A DNA stretch of 62,847 bases, filler included, from Stramenopiles sp. TOSAG23-3 (lineage: Eukaryota), in the NCBI GenBank assembly GCA_900128585.1. It is 41 parts of 41 records of this genome, joined end to end, with 100 filler letters (N's around TTAATTAATTAA, not from the genome) between each part and the next. Parts side by side here need not be neighbours in the genome. Positions count along the whole stretch, not along the records: positions 1 to 1,449 come from LT645838.1; positions 1,550 to 2,998 come from LT645839.1; positions 3,099 to 4,546 come from LT645840.1; positions 4,647 to 6,092 come from LT645841.1; positions 6,193 to 7,638 come from LT645842.1; positions 7,739 to 9,184 come from LT645843.1; positions 9,285 to 10,729 come from LT645844.1; 34 more parts are not named here. One strand, 5' to 3'. The notes beneath the pieces were generated by a model. That model was not told where the DNA came from. It searched no databases and saw only the letters and a program-made list of their open reading frames with translations. This document shows positions 1-9,614 of the stretch, in pieces; position 1 is the first letter of the stretch, and the number at the start of each line of letters is the position of its first letter. A program made the translations under genes and the position numbers.

Positions 1-1
1 A

Positions 2-643
2 AAAGCATCATCGAATAATTCACCAGGAAACAACAACCAAATTCCATCGCAGCACCGAGGGCGAAACAACCCGTCCAGTAACTCTCCCGGCAACGGAAAC
101 CTAGTCCCAACACAGCGTAACGGTGTCTACAAACAAAACGATTGGCCCCAGAATGTAAATTACCACAATCAACAGAGAAATGGAGCGAGGGCGCCAATGA
201 ACCAAATGGTTCATAGCCAAAGCCTGCCATTGCTTGTACACCAGCCTAATCCTGCACAAATATACTATCAAAACGGAGGGCCCAATTTTAATACAAACAG
301 TCAACCAGGTATGGTGCAACAGGCCGCCATTTATAATAGTCCAAATTATTTGCACTCAAGCCTTCCTCTGATCGAAACTCGTGGGGACAGGAACATTCTG
401 CAAGACGGGGTCATAATGGCCAGGAAGAACAAAACAATGGATCCTAACAGTAATATTTATCGGGCACATGCCCTGAAGAAAGGCCAATCTTTCCCGATCA
501 CGTCTTATAATTTATTGCAGGCAAGCTCGTTAAAGCAGATCGAAAATGACACTGATTCAATTGACCAAAACTGGGAATCCCTCCAAGAAATATCTTTTCA
601 CGAACTTGAGACGTCGGCCAACTCTCCTCAACAAAATTACTGA
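2..643 (+). CDS. 5'-partial N/Q/P-rich hypothetical protein
   Basis: Frame is open from base 2 to TGA at 643; low complexity, no recognised domain. Confidence 0.45.
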   Translation, partial: KASSNNSPGNNNQIPSQHRGRNNPSSNSPGNGNLVPTQRNGVYKQNDWPQNVNYHNQQRNGARAPMNQMVHSQSLPLLVHQPNPAQIYYQNGGPNFNTNSQPGMVQQAAIYNSPNYLHSSLPLIETRGDRNILQDGVIMARKNKTMDPNSNIYRAHALKKGQSFPITSYNLLQASSLKQIENDTDSIDQNWESLQEISFHELETSANSPQQNY

Positions 644-714
644 ACAAGATAAGTCTTTAAGATTAGAACGAAGCGCTCCCGAAGCCGGCAGACGGTTCTT
701 AATTCCGATCTTAC

Positions 715-792
715 AAACAAAAAATTGGCTGTTATTTAAGTAATTAAAAAACAAATTAATTAATAATTAATGTACTGCGAACTGAACTCTAC
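715..792 (+). mobile_element. Dispersed element copy 1 (head plus ATTAATGTACTGCGAACTGA module)
   Basis: AAACAAAAAATTGGCTGTTATTTAAGTAATTAAA...ATTAATGTACTGCGAACTGAACTCTAC matches the copies at 6016, 12662 and 59686. Confidence 0.85.
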
Positions 793-794
793 TG

Positions 795-850
795 GTGTGA
801 AAACAAATTATATAGTATGTGTGAAAAAACAAATTATATAGTATGTGTGA
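795..850. repeat. Short tandem duplication
   Basis: GTGTGAAAA(AA)CAAATTATATAGTAT occurs twice in tandem. Confidence 0.8.
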
Positions 851-1040
851 TATTAATATGTCTGATTTTATGTATTTTTTAGGGACGTAAACTTTAAAAA
901 AATCAAAAAAGAAGAATTTTTAATACTCAAATTGTACACATGCTTTGAAAATTTAATAGAAGCCCAATAAATTCTTGGGATTCATCAAAAAATAAAAAAC
1001 CTGGTCCTCGTAAAAATGAAAAACTGGCGCGTGCACTTTT

Positions 1041-1449
1041 TTACGCCGTTGTTTTTGACAGCCGACCTGCATCTGGTCTTATCAAACGACAGCAAGCAAG
1101 AATCTGTTCTGGCAATTCCGTCGCATTCCGCCCTTCAACTACCAAAGCGACATCCATAATCCAGCTTTTCATATACTGGTGCATATCATAATAATACGAC
1201 CGGGCGGTGTTTCCAAAAGTATGAATATTCATCGCTATTTGTACCACGTCTTTCGAAAATTTCAGGCAGTGCGACCTATTGCTAAGAAAAGGTTTGCCAT
1301 TATAGTTGTGAAGCAAAGCGTTGCCCACCATACCAACGTCCACCTCTTTTGTATTTGCTAATTGAACAATGGTCTTTGTGCGGTCGTGCAGCGGGTCTTG
1401 TTCTGATAGATATCTTTGTACCAACTTTACCCCGTTGCTAATAGGTTCT
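1041..1449 (-). CDS. 5'-partial hypothetical protein
   Basis: Open from the contig edge to TAA at 1041; protein-like composition, no recognised domain. Confidence 0.5.
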
Positions 1450-1549
1450 NNNNNNNNNNNNNNNNNNNNNNNNNNNNNNNNNNNNNNNNNNNNTTAATTA
1501 ATTAANNNNNNNNNNNNNNNNNNNNNNNNNNNNNNNNNNNNNNNNNNNN
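1450..1549. other. Artificial contig linker N44-TTAATTAATTAA-N44 (first of 40, recurring about every 1.5 kb; last at 61328-61427)
   Basis: Identical 100-bp spacer with a core giving stops in all frames; flanking contig lengths fall monotonically from 1449 to about 1420 bp. Confidence 0.99.
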
Positions 1550-1551
1550 AG

Positions 1552-2496
1552 TTCAAACCCAACACAATACAAAAACTGTTTCGCAAGAAGAGCAAACTAA
1601 ATATAGATCTCGAATTTCACATTAAAGAACCCAATGAAAACAAGGAGTTAGTTAAAATGCAATGCGAGCTTTCCAAACAAACTAAACGAGAAGACCAAGT
1701 TATTATTAACGCGACACTTTTGATTGAGAAAATAATTCACGGCCTAAAAGAGGGGCTGAGGTATGAAATATATCCTCAGGTTTTATTCTGTATGAATTTT
1801 ATATTGTGTGGTCGATCCAATGATTTAAACATTAAGAGAATCCGTGAAGACGGCACGCATTCATCCAAGGAGACTCATTTTGTATTGGAGAATTGTACGT
1901 ACAAAGAAGAAGAAATTATTGGGACAATTGTAAACTTGCTTACAAGTAAAAATCAGAACAAAAACCATGTCAAGGAGATTTCTCTACCTATGATTTGCAG
2001 TCCCGAAGATTACGGTCTTGTGAAGCAAGGTTTGGAGTTCTTAATGACGGAAGAAAAGGCCGACATGAAATGTTATTCTTCTGTTAAATTCTACAAGAAT
2101 AAAGACAAGTGCGGCGCACCTAAATTTAAAGACGGGCAAAGACAGAATGAATGGAAAAACATTCGTAAGGTGATGGTCCAGCACCTCGAATTGAGAGACG
2201 CAATTGTGAAATTACCTGAAACATGGACGTTCGATTTCCAAAATTGTACCGGTCGAGACTTTGTTGCTTCTTTTGTTGCAGATGGTTCCTTTGAGAAGGG
2301 AAGTTTAGGCAATAACGTGGTCCACGAAACGGTCCTCGGACATACGTACGAATCGTGTGCTAATGCAGCCTATGAGAAGATAAAACTACAGAACATGCCA
2401 ACTTACAACGTAATCCTCAAGAAAATAGACGAGCCTCTGAAAATCGGAGACCGCTCAATTTCAACAGGCCTTTACTTGACGAAGAAATCTGCGTAG
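1552..2496 (+). CDS. Protelomerase/telomere-resolvase-like tyrosine recombinase (5'-partial)
   Basis: Frame open from the contig edge; ordered catalytic-type motifs CGRSNDL (R), TSKN (K), TGRDF (R), VLGH (H), AAYEKIKL (Y). Confidence 0.65.
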   Translation, partial: FKPNTIQKLFRKKSKLNIDLEFHIKEPNENKELVKMQCELSKQTKREDQVIINATLLIEKIIHGLKEGLRYEIYPQVLFCMNFILCGRSNDLNIKRIREDGTHSSKETHFVLENCTYKEEEIIGTIVNLLTSKNQNKNHVKEISLPMICSPEDYGLVKQGLEFLMTEEKADMKCYSSVKFYKNKDKCGAPKFKDGQRQNEWKNIRKVMVQHLELRDAIVKLPETWTFDFQNCTGRDFVASFVADGSFEKGSLGNNVVHETVLGHTYESCANAAYEKIKLQNMPTYNVILKKIDEPLKIGDRSISTGLYLTKKSA

Positions 2497-2870
2497 AATT
2501 CAACCAAGCTTTGCTTTGGCTTAAGTTCCTCCAGAACTCCGCTTCCGAATTGCAGATCTTTACAATGTAGAAACTTGTATGGATAGAAGCGATCTTTAAA
2601 CCAGTCCCCTTTTTTTAACATCTTGGAGACGCGCCGTGCGTCAACCTTTAGCAAATCCTCCCCCTTTTTAAATATATAATATCCCTTATTTTTTACGAGG
2701 TATTCGTGGACGTCTTTCTGTAATCTATACTTGGGGGTTTTCTTAGACTCCCTTACTTCAAAAGGACGACCGTTTTGGTCTATTGCGTCGGCACCTTTCC
2801 CCCGTTTTTTTGCATTTAATAATTTGATTATCTTGTTTTCATTTACTGTATGGAATGATTTCGCCGCCAT
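2472..2870 (-). CDS. Small basic PD-(D/E)xK-like nuclease
   Basis: Complete 132-aa ORF with N-terminal helix E and GADAIDQNGRPFEVR (D...ExR); overlaps the recombinase 3' end by 25 bp. Confidence 0.55.
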   Translation of the reverse strand: MAAKSFHTVNENKIIKLLNAKKRGKGADAIDQNGRPFEVRESKKTPKYRLQKDVHEYLVKNKGYYIFKKGEDLLKVDARRVSKMLKKGDWFKDRFYPYKFLHCKDLQFGSGVLEELKPKQSLVEFYADFFVK

Positions 2871-3248
2871 GTTAGTATATGAAATTATTTTTCAGAGTTT
2901 ACGTATTGTTGCTCCTTGTAGTTTTGCAAAGAGGTTCTTCCCCTTCTCTCGATTTTGATTGAAATAGTCGTAGACAGAAAACTTGGAAATCCTTCGCCNN
3001 NNNNNNNNNNNNNNNNNNNNNNNNNNNNNNNNNNNNNNNNNNTTAATTAATTAANNNNNNNNNNNNNNNNNNNNNNNNNNNNNNNNNNNNNNNNNNNNAT
3101 TTCAAAGATTTACTAAACTTTTTAAAGATGCCCTCAGAAATCTTTCCATTGGTATCATAAAAGTTATCGCCCAGAATTGTTAAAAGAAACGGAAGATGAT
3201 GGAAAAAGTAATAAATACTTACATTGACACAACATTTGTATAATATAG

Positions 3249-3450
3249 TCACAGCGTTATGAATACTATTTTTGGAGTTTTGAACTTCAGCTCAGTATTT
3301 GGAACAATTTCTACGTTTTTCATTTTTTTTCCACAGACCTCATTGTACTCCAAAAAATGCACATCTTTGAATAACTCTGTCCAAATATACGCGGTAATAC
3401 CTGCACCATATGACATTTTACAGCCTAAACCAATTTCCAATATTGGATCC
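3249..3450 (-). pseudogene. Fragment of a class I SAM-dependent methyltransferase-like gene
   Basis: ILEIGLGCKMSYGAG...W..LF...FLEY resembles SAM motif I/II; frame is closed by stops on both sides. Confidence 0.45.
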
Positions 3451-5211
3451 CGGCTTTTTGGGAGAAGGGCCAGATTTATCAGAGCAATTCATTGTCAGTC
3501 CAGACGATGTTGTTTTCCCAAAACCACTGTCAATAGATCATTTTTTTAAGGACGTACAATCATAAACTATAGTAAAATTTATTATTTTAATCCCTGTGCT
3601 AAGCAATAAAGGCGTATATACATATATAATAGCCCCAAGAAATCCCAAAGACCGTTATCATCCTCTTGTGTACTCCATCGATATTCACTGCCGGTTCTTA
3701 CATTCCTTCGTTTGACTTCTTCTTCCCCACAGTCAACTTCTTCGTCCTCCCACACATGTCTGAAGTGGTTAATTGAACGGCGGTCTGTATTTCTTCTTTA
3801 AGGTGCTCGTTTTCTATTCGATGTATCCGTCAAGGTATGGCCAACAGAGGGCTCGGACCGTGCAGGAGTGTTGGTCGGGCCAGTCGTCAAAGCCGTCGAA
3901 GGCCAATCATGGTGTGGTGTAGGTGCGATGAGCGGTGGTGTAATTGTTTCCCCCGTTCCTGGTTCATTGTTTCGTTTGACCGACCTCTGTTGTGAGTATT
4001 CCTCTGTTCTTCGAAGATTGGCACGCATGATCTTCCTATTTCGTATGATTTTGATTAAAACATAAAAATATAAAGAGAGGCTGAATAGAAGCTGGCTGCA
4101 ATTTGAGCAGAATGTTCCTGGGGGAACTTGTATACAACACGGTCGCTCCTTGGACTCAGAATTTAACCATAACCGCAAAACAGCTTCAAAATGCTGCTGA
4201 TGGAATACACCATAGAGGCAGCTGTGAATTAGGCCAAGCCACCCGCAGCTGTTGCAAGAATGCGCAATGTCCAGTGGGAAGCGCGAAGGGGCGGGCGGAT
4301 CACAATTCCAATCGCGAACCAGAGGATGGACCCAAACACCCTCATCTCGTGGAAGCCAGCGTTGCGTAACGCGGCAAAAAACACGTCCTCGATTTCTATA
4401 CGGATTACAGCATGTAAAATATGTTTTGTTTTGTTTGCACGCCTTTTCTCACATCCCCGGTTGTATCGGTGTAGGGGGAGAAAACCCACCATATGGATTC
4501 CCAGACAATTTCGGTGATGGTGGTGGTGGTGGTGGGGGTGGGGGGGNNNNNNNNNNNNNNNNNNNNNNNNNNNNNNNNNNNNNNNNNNNNTTAATTAATT
4601 AANNNNNNNNNNNNNNNNNNNNNNNNNNNNNNNNNNNNNNNNNNNNAGTAGACGACAACAAACAAAAACGAGTAATAAGAAAACAGCAAGAAGATGGATG
4701 ATGAAAGAAAGACTAACTGAAGAAGACGACGATAATACACACTTTTATTATAGACTAATAAAAAGAAGAATCTCCCTCCTCTCTTCTAAAAAAAAAAAAA
4801 AATTTTTTTTAATAATTAAAATTATTAATTATTATTAATAATAAAATAGACGACTAATTATTATTGATTGAAGAAAAAAGTATTAACGACTAACTAACTA
4901 ACGAACTGACACTTTGTTTGCTTCGTAACATAATGCTTTGAATAAGAAGTGTAATTTTATATGTTTTTTGAAAACGATTATTGGGTAGTTGGAACAGTTT
5001 TATTCTCTGTATACGAATTGGTGTAGTGTTTATTATTTGTTGCCAATTCGAACGGACGTGGGGGAGAACAAGAAGAAGAACCGTCGTGTACTACAACGCG
5101 CCGTGGAACGGGAAGGGGAAAGGAAAGGGTTCTAGGGAACAACGCGGAAGGATTTTGTAGTCCGTGCGTGGGAAGTTTCATCGTCCATTTTTGAAAAATA
5201 TTGCGGGAAAA

Positions 5212-5976
5212 ATGTTTGTCCACAGTCGACCGGCTTGGTGCCTGTGCGCTCTTTTGCTTTTGTGCGTCCTGGACGCGTCGGGCGCGTACAACAGAACGGC
5301 AGCGTTGAAAAAAGCCCGTGACGAACTCAAACAAATTACGTGGGAAGTTCCTGTGAAAGTCGCTGGGGTAGAGAAGGTCGGAAGGCCCCCTAATTTGCCT
5401 TTACAGTTTCAGGTTAAAATGCTAGTAGACACTTGGTACCCAATCAAAGGCATGACCAAGGTCCTAGTCTTGTTCCATTACGACTACGTCAACCAAAGAA
5501 CACGGCAAGACCTGTACAGAATCGACAAGGAAACGAACAAGGCCAAACGTTATTTCACCATGATCAAACGCTTCGATGAAGGCGTAGTGTACATGGTGAT
5601 GCATAGAGTAAAAGAAGGGCCGCTCCCAAACCCTGCAGCGTGTTTGAGCGTACCAACCAAAGGTTCCATTTTTCACCCATCGCTGCTCCACTACCATGGC
5701 ATTTACACCGGGCCATCCAAAGTGGACGTGTACCTAAATTTAAAGGGCAAAAAATATCAAGATTTACCAACGGAAACTTGGGGGTTGAAATACAAAAAAC
5801 GATGGTACAAATACTTTGAGAGTCCCGTCAGCAGAAAGCCCGTGCGGCTTCAGTGGCACAATGCCAACGCCACAGTTGTGCACTTGGACGAAGGGCCCGA
5901 GACCGTTGAGCCAAACATATTTGATGTAAGAAGCGTGACCGCGATGGAGTGTGAACAATTCGCACGGCCGTTGTAA
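5212..5976 (+). CDS. Secreted ependymin-related (EPDR/LolA-fold) protein
   Basis: Signal peptide; LPLQF...HYDYVNQRTRQD...KRFDEGVVY...C...W...P..F...C pattern. Confidence 0.6.
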   Translation: MFVHSRPAWCLCALLLLCVLDASGAYNRTAALKKARDELKQITWEVPVKVAGVEKVGRPPNLPLQFQVKMLVDTWYPIKGMTKVLVLFHYDYVNQRTRQDLYRIDKETNKAKRYFTMIKRFDEGVVYMVMHRVKEGPLPNPAACLSVPTKGSIFHPSLLHYHGIYTGPSKVDVYLNLKGKKYQDLPTETWGLKYKKRWYKYFESPVSRKPVRLQWHNANATVVHLDEGPETVEPNIFDVRSVTAMECEQFARPL

Positions 5977-6015
5977 TTATTTAAAAAAAAACTAATGATA
6001 TATAGTATATATGTT

Positions 6016-6077
6016 AAAACAAGAAAATTGGCTGTTATTTAAGTAATTAAAATTAATGTACTGCGAACTGAAATCTA
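6016..6077 (+). mobile_element. Dispersed element copy 2
   Basis: AAAACAAGAAAATTGGCTGTTATTTAAGTAATTAAAATTAATGTACTGCGAACTGAAATCTA, 40 nt after the stop at 5976. Confidence 0.9.
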
Positions 6078-6568
6078 GATTTAGACATTCTANNNNNNNN
6101 NNNNNNNNNNNNNNNNNNNNNNNNNNNNNNNNNNNNTTAATTAATTAANNNNNNNNNNNNNNNNNNNNNNNNNNNNNNNNNNNNNNNNNNNNCACTCATA
6201 GGTGACTCAATCCTTGTGCGATTTTCCAAGCAGCGGCTTAATTGTTTTTGAGGTGCTCGTTGTCTGACTTGGAAATCGGTCAATAATAATTTAAACAATA
6301 ATAAAATATGGACAGAAGTATAGACGACTATAGACTATAAATAATATGAAGAAGAGAAATATAATAATATTATTATCTTTCTTTTTTTGTTGGTGAAGAA
6401 ATGCTATCATAATCTGCTCGCTTCTCCTTTCTCATCATTCATCACCATTTTTTTTTTAGATTTTATATAGAGGAGGATTTGCCTCATCTCTCCTACTCGT
6501 TTCAACCTGTTTTCTGATATGTTGTTTTTAAAAAGAGAACCTGTTAATTCCTTATATATTTATTTTGA

Positions 6569-7261
6569 CTATTGCTTTCCAGAAAGTGCAACAACATGCC
6601 CAAGGTGTTTTGGCGCCAATGCTTCGTCGGCAACAAACTCCGCCACGTCGATTTGAGGGATCACCCCAACGTCGTTCCACTTGTCGTTTGTTGCGATATA
6701 CCCTCCCGACGAGTCTGCATCGTTCGGCATGTACGCTGGGGCCACCCACGTAAAGTCAACCCCGCTGGACCTGACAACTTCCAGGCCTTTTTCGTGGTCC
6801 TCCGTCACGGGCTTCAACGTTGGGTACCAGCCCTCCTCGCTCTGCTTCTTCGACCCGTCTTCCATCAGCAGCTGGCCAGCGCCACCGACGCCCACAATTC
6901 GCTTTGTCGACGAGTCTTTTGCTGCCGCAACGAGTGCGGCGTACCCTTTGTGCCGCTCGTTTGCCGGCCCACTGCTGTGGCAGGCCACAATAACGTCGGC
7001 GCCGTCCAGGGTGGCAGACGTCACGGACGCCAGGTCGCCCTTTACAACCTTTACTTTGTCGCCGACATCTCCCATTTTTTCTGGGGAACGAACATATGCC
7101 GTCACGTTTGCCCCTTTCGCGAGCAAGTGCCGCATCACATGGCCACCCAACCCACCGGTCGCGCCTACTAAAAATACGTTCATGTTCCCGGAGTTGTTGT
7201 TTTTTCTGTTGAAGAGTGCGTATACGATTGCAATTGCCAAAATAACAAGGGATGCTTTCAT
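6569..7261 (-). CDS. NAD(P)H-binding atypical SDR (flavin/biliverdin reductase B-like) with N-terminal hydrophobic anchor
   Basis: VFLVGATGGLGG Rossmann motif, YVRSPEK, VGGAG, DFTWVAP, IPQIDVA. Confidence 0.85.
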   Translation of the reverse strand: MKASLVILAIAIVYALFNRKNNNSGNMNVFLVGATGGLGGHVMRHLLAKGANVTAYVRSPEKMGDVGDKVKVVKGDLASVTSATLDGADVIVACHSSGPANERHKGYAALVAAAKDSSTKRIVGVGGAGQLLMEDGSKKQSEEGWYPTLKPVTEDHEKGLEVVRSSGVDFTWVAPAYMPNDADSSGGYIATNDKWNDVGVIPQIDVAEFVADEALAPKHLGHVVALSGKQ

Positions 7262-7739
7262 TTTAATTTAAGTTTCAATCCTGCTGTTGGTACCTGAACC
7301 GCTATTTTTTTTCCAACATATTTCTCTTTGCCATTGTTACCGATGAGAAAGATCGTCAGAAGAAGGTGTTAAAAATAGAGCAGTTCCCTTCTTGTTGGTG
7401 GTGGGAGGACGGATGGTCGTACCTTGGTACTGCGCTGGCTTTCTCCCGGATGTAGAAAATCAGTGTTAGCTATTATAAGCTAAAGAGACGTACTAAGTCT
7501 AAAAGACTCTTTTCAGAAACACTTTGAAGGTTGACTATCTTTTGTCAGACACCTGTTCCATGCTCTGTCTATATTAAATATTTAGATTTATGATTCTAAT
7601 CAATAATAACCCACCACCTCCACATTTTTTTTATTCTANNNNNNNNNNNNNNNNNNNNNNNNNNNNNNNNNNNNNNNNNNNNTTAATTAATTAANNNNNN
7701 NNNNNNNNNNNNNNNNNNNNNNNNNNNNNNNNNNNNNNG

Positions 7740-9184
7740 GCGCAGCTGAAAGTGTACAAGCGCACATTTAAAGAGATGCATGGGAGGATGCCGCAGAAGG
7801 AAGACATTCAGCATAGGCCCAAGATTTTGCATTTATACAAACAATACAGTGCCCTGCAAAAGTCGACGGCAACGGTGACGGAAGGTGCCCCGCGCGTCAA
7901 AGAGCAAGAAAATAGGAGCACGTTTGAGGCAAATAGTAGCAGCAGCCACCCGGGAGAATCCACGAACTTATGGTTGACGCGGAAAGACCTTCCGGACGAC
8001 AGAGGCGGTAGCAAAAATCCAAGAAAGCGAAAGGGCTTGGGCGAATTCGACGGGGGGAGGCTCGATAAAGTGAGCAACACCGTTGCTCACGCGCACCTAA
8101 AGTCAAAAAATCGTGGAAAGCGCCTGCTTGGCGCTCTGGGCTTTCCTTTGCCGAAAAGCAAGCGGGCGGCGGCGCAGGTTGCGCGGCATTCGAAACGCGC
8201 GCCTTCTTCCGACGACGAGGACGCGGGGCTGTGGGGCGGTGAACCATCGTTGTTTATGAAGCGTGTGAAAATGAACCAGGTCTCAAAACAAGCGGCCAGA
8301 GCGCCGCCGCCGGCCGATGTGGCTCTCGGCACCACTCAGAGGACGAAGGCAACCCCAGCCCCTGGGACGGACGAAGTGGTGGCTAAAGGGCGGGCGGGCC
8401 AGCACGGTTTTCGCAACAACGAAGCTTCCCTCCGTCATTCACACTGCTTGTTGCTTCCAGTGAAACATGTGGCCAAGGCCGCGCCCCCCAAGGGGCCCAC
8501 AACTGTACATACACCGTCCGAAACGGAAGAAGCCCCGTGCCCCGCCGGTCCCGGCGGTGGTCTGGAAATCGGGCCCAGCGCCCCCGAATTCTACGCTCCC
8601 GCAAGGAAACCGCTGGTTAAACTTGGAGAAGCGGTTGATTTCCAAAAAATATCCGCCATTTCCCCTGAAACGACAGAAACTTGCAAAGGCTATGCAAAAA
8701 CGAAACCTGAGCTACCAGGTCCAAAACGAGCGCTCGCTCCCCAGACGGGCGAAAGCACTGAAAAACAAAAAGTTCAGAAATCGAAACATCGCCCTCCTAA
8801 GCCTGCCACGGACCGAAAGTCAGCCTCGAATTCAGGGCAAATCAGCGAAAATTACGTGCGCATAAATTTGAGAAAGCGCTGGAAGGGGAGGAGCAAATTG
8901 GGCAGCGGGAAATACAGAGCACACAAAGAGTTCATGAGCAAGCGAAACAGCAACAGGTCAAACAAGGGCGGCGCGGGCCGAAAGAAGAGTTATTCGATGA
9001 ATAGCGGCAGGGACATTATAGATTCCTTGATCGAGGCCGAAGATGTTGCCGGCAAGAGTGAGGAAGAAAACCTTGTGAAATGTGAGGGTCACGGCCTCGT
9101 GTGCAAAAAATTAGTGGTGAAAAAGAGTGGCGTGAACAAAGGCAGGCCATTCTTTGTGTGCCCGCTGGATCGTGCTCAGCAGTG
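7740..9184 (+). CDS. RECQL4: RecQ4/Sld2-like protein N-terminal part with GRF zinc finger (partial at both ends)
   Basis: Sld2-like F...HGRMPQKEDI...LYKQYSAL, ENYVRINL motif, GRF finger CEGH...VKKSGVNKGRPFFVCP. Confidence 0.7.
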
Positions 9185-9284
9185 NNNNNNNNNNNNNNNN
9201 NNNNNNNNNNNNNNNNNNNNNNNNNNNNTTAATTAATTAANNNNNNNNNNNNNNNNNNNNNNNNNNNNNNNNNNNNNNNNNNNN

Positions 9285-9542
9285 AACTGCCCGTAGGTTA
9301 TTTTCCGCTTGTTCGTTTATCAGACTTATACAGTTGTTGTGTGTCTGTAACTGGTATTCGCCCGCCTGTTGTCTCTGGAGCACTCCTAAATACCAATGAG
9401 TTGACTTCACATTGATAGGGATCAAGATCTTGTTGAAAACTTTTTTACTGGGCGACCGTTGTATCCTTTTTTTAATGGTTCTCAAGATCCTGTCGGTCGG
9501 AAGGTGGGACAACAGTACGTCTGCTAAGTATGAATCTAGTCC
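9285..9542 (-). CDS. Ulp1/C48 cysteine protease-like fragment
   Basis: KILIPINVKSTHWYLGVL catalytic-His motif; no clear start; runs off the contig. Confidence 0.55.
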
Positions 9543-9614
9543 TGTACGTATGTATTATAATAAGAGATAATAATCTTACAGCTTTTTTCATCTTAAATGG
9601 TTTCGTCTACCTCA

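Noticed and set aside
557-754. Short ORFs containing NNSQF (also 37677-37895)
   Set aside because: Spurious translations of the dispersed element head
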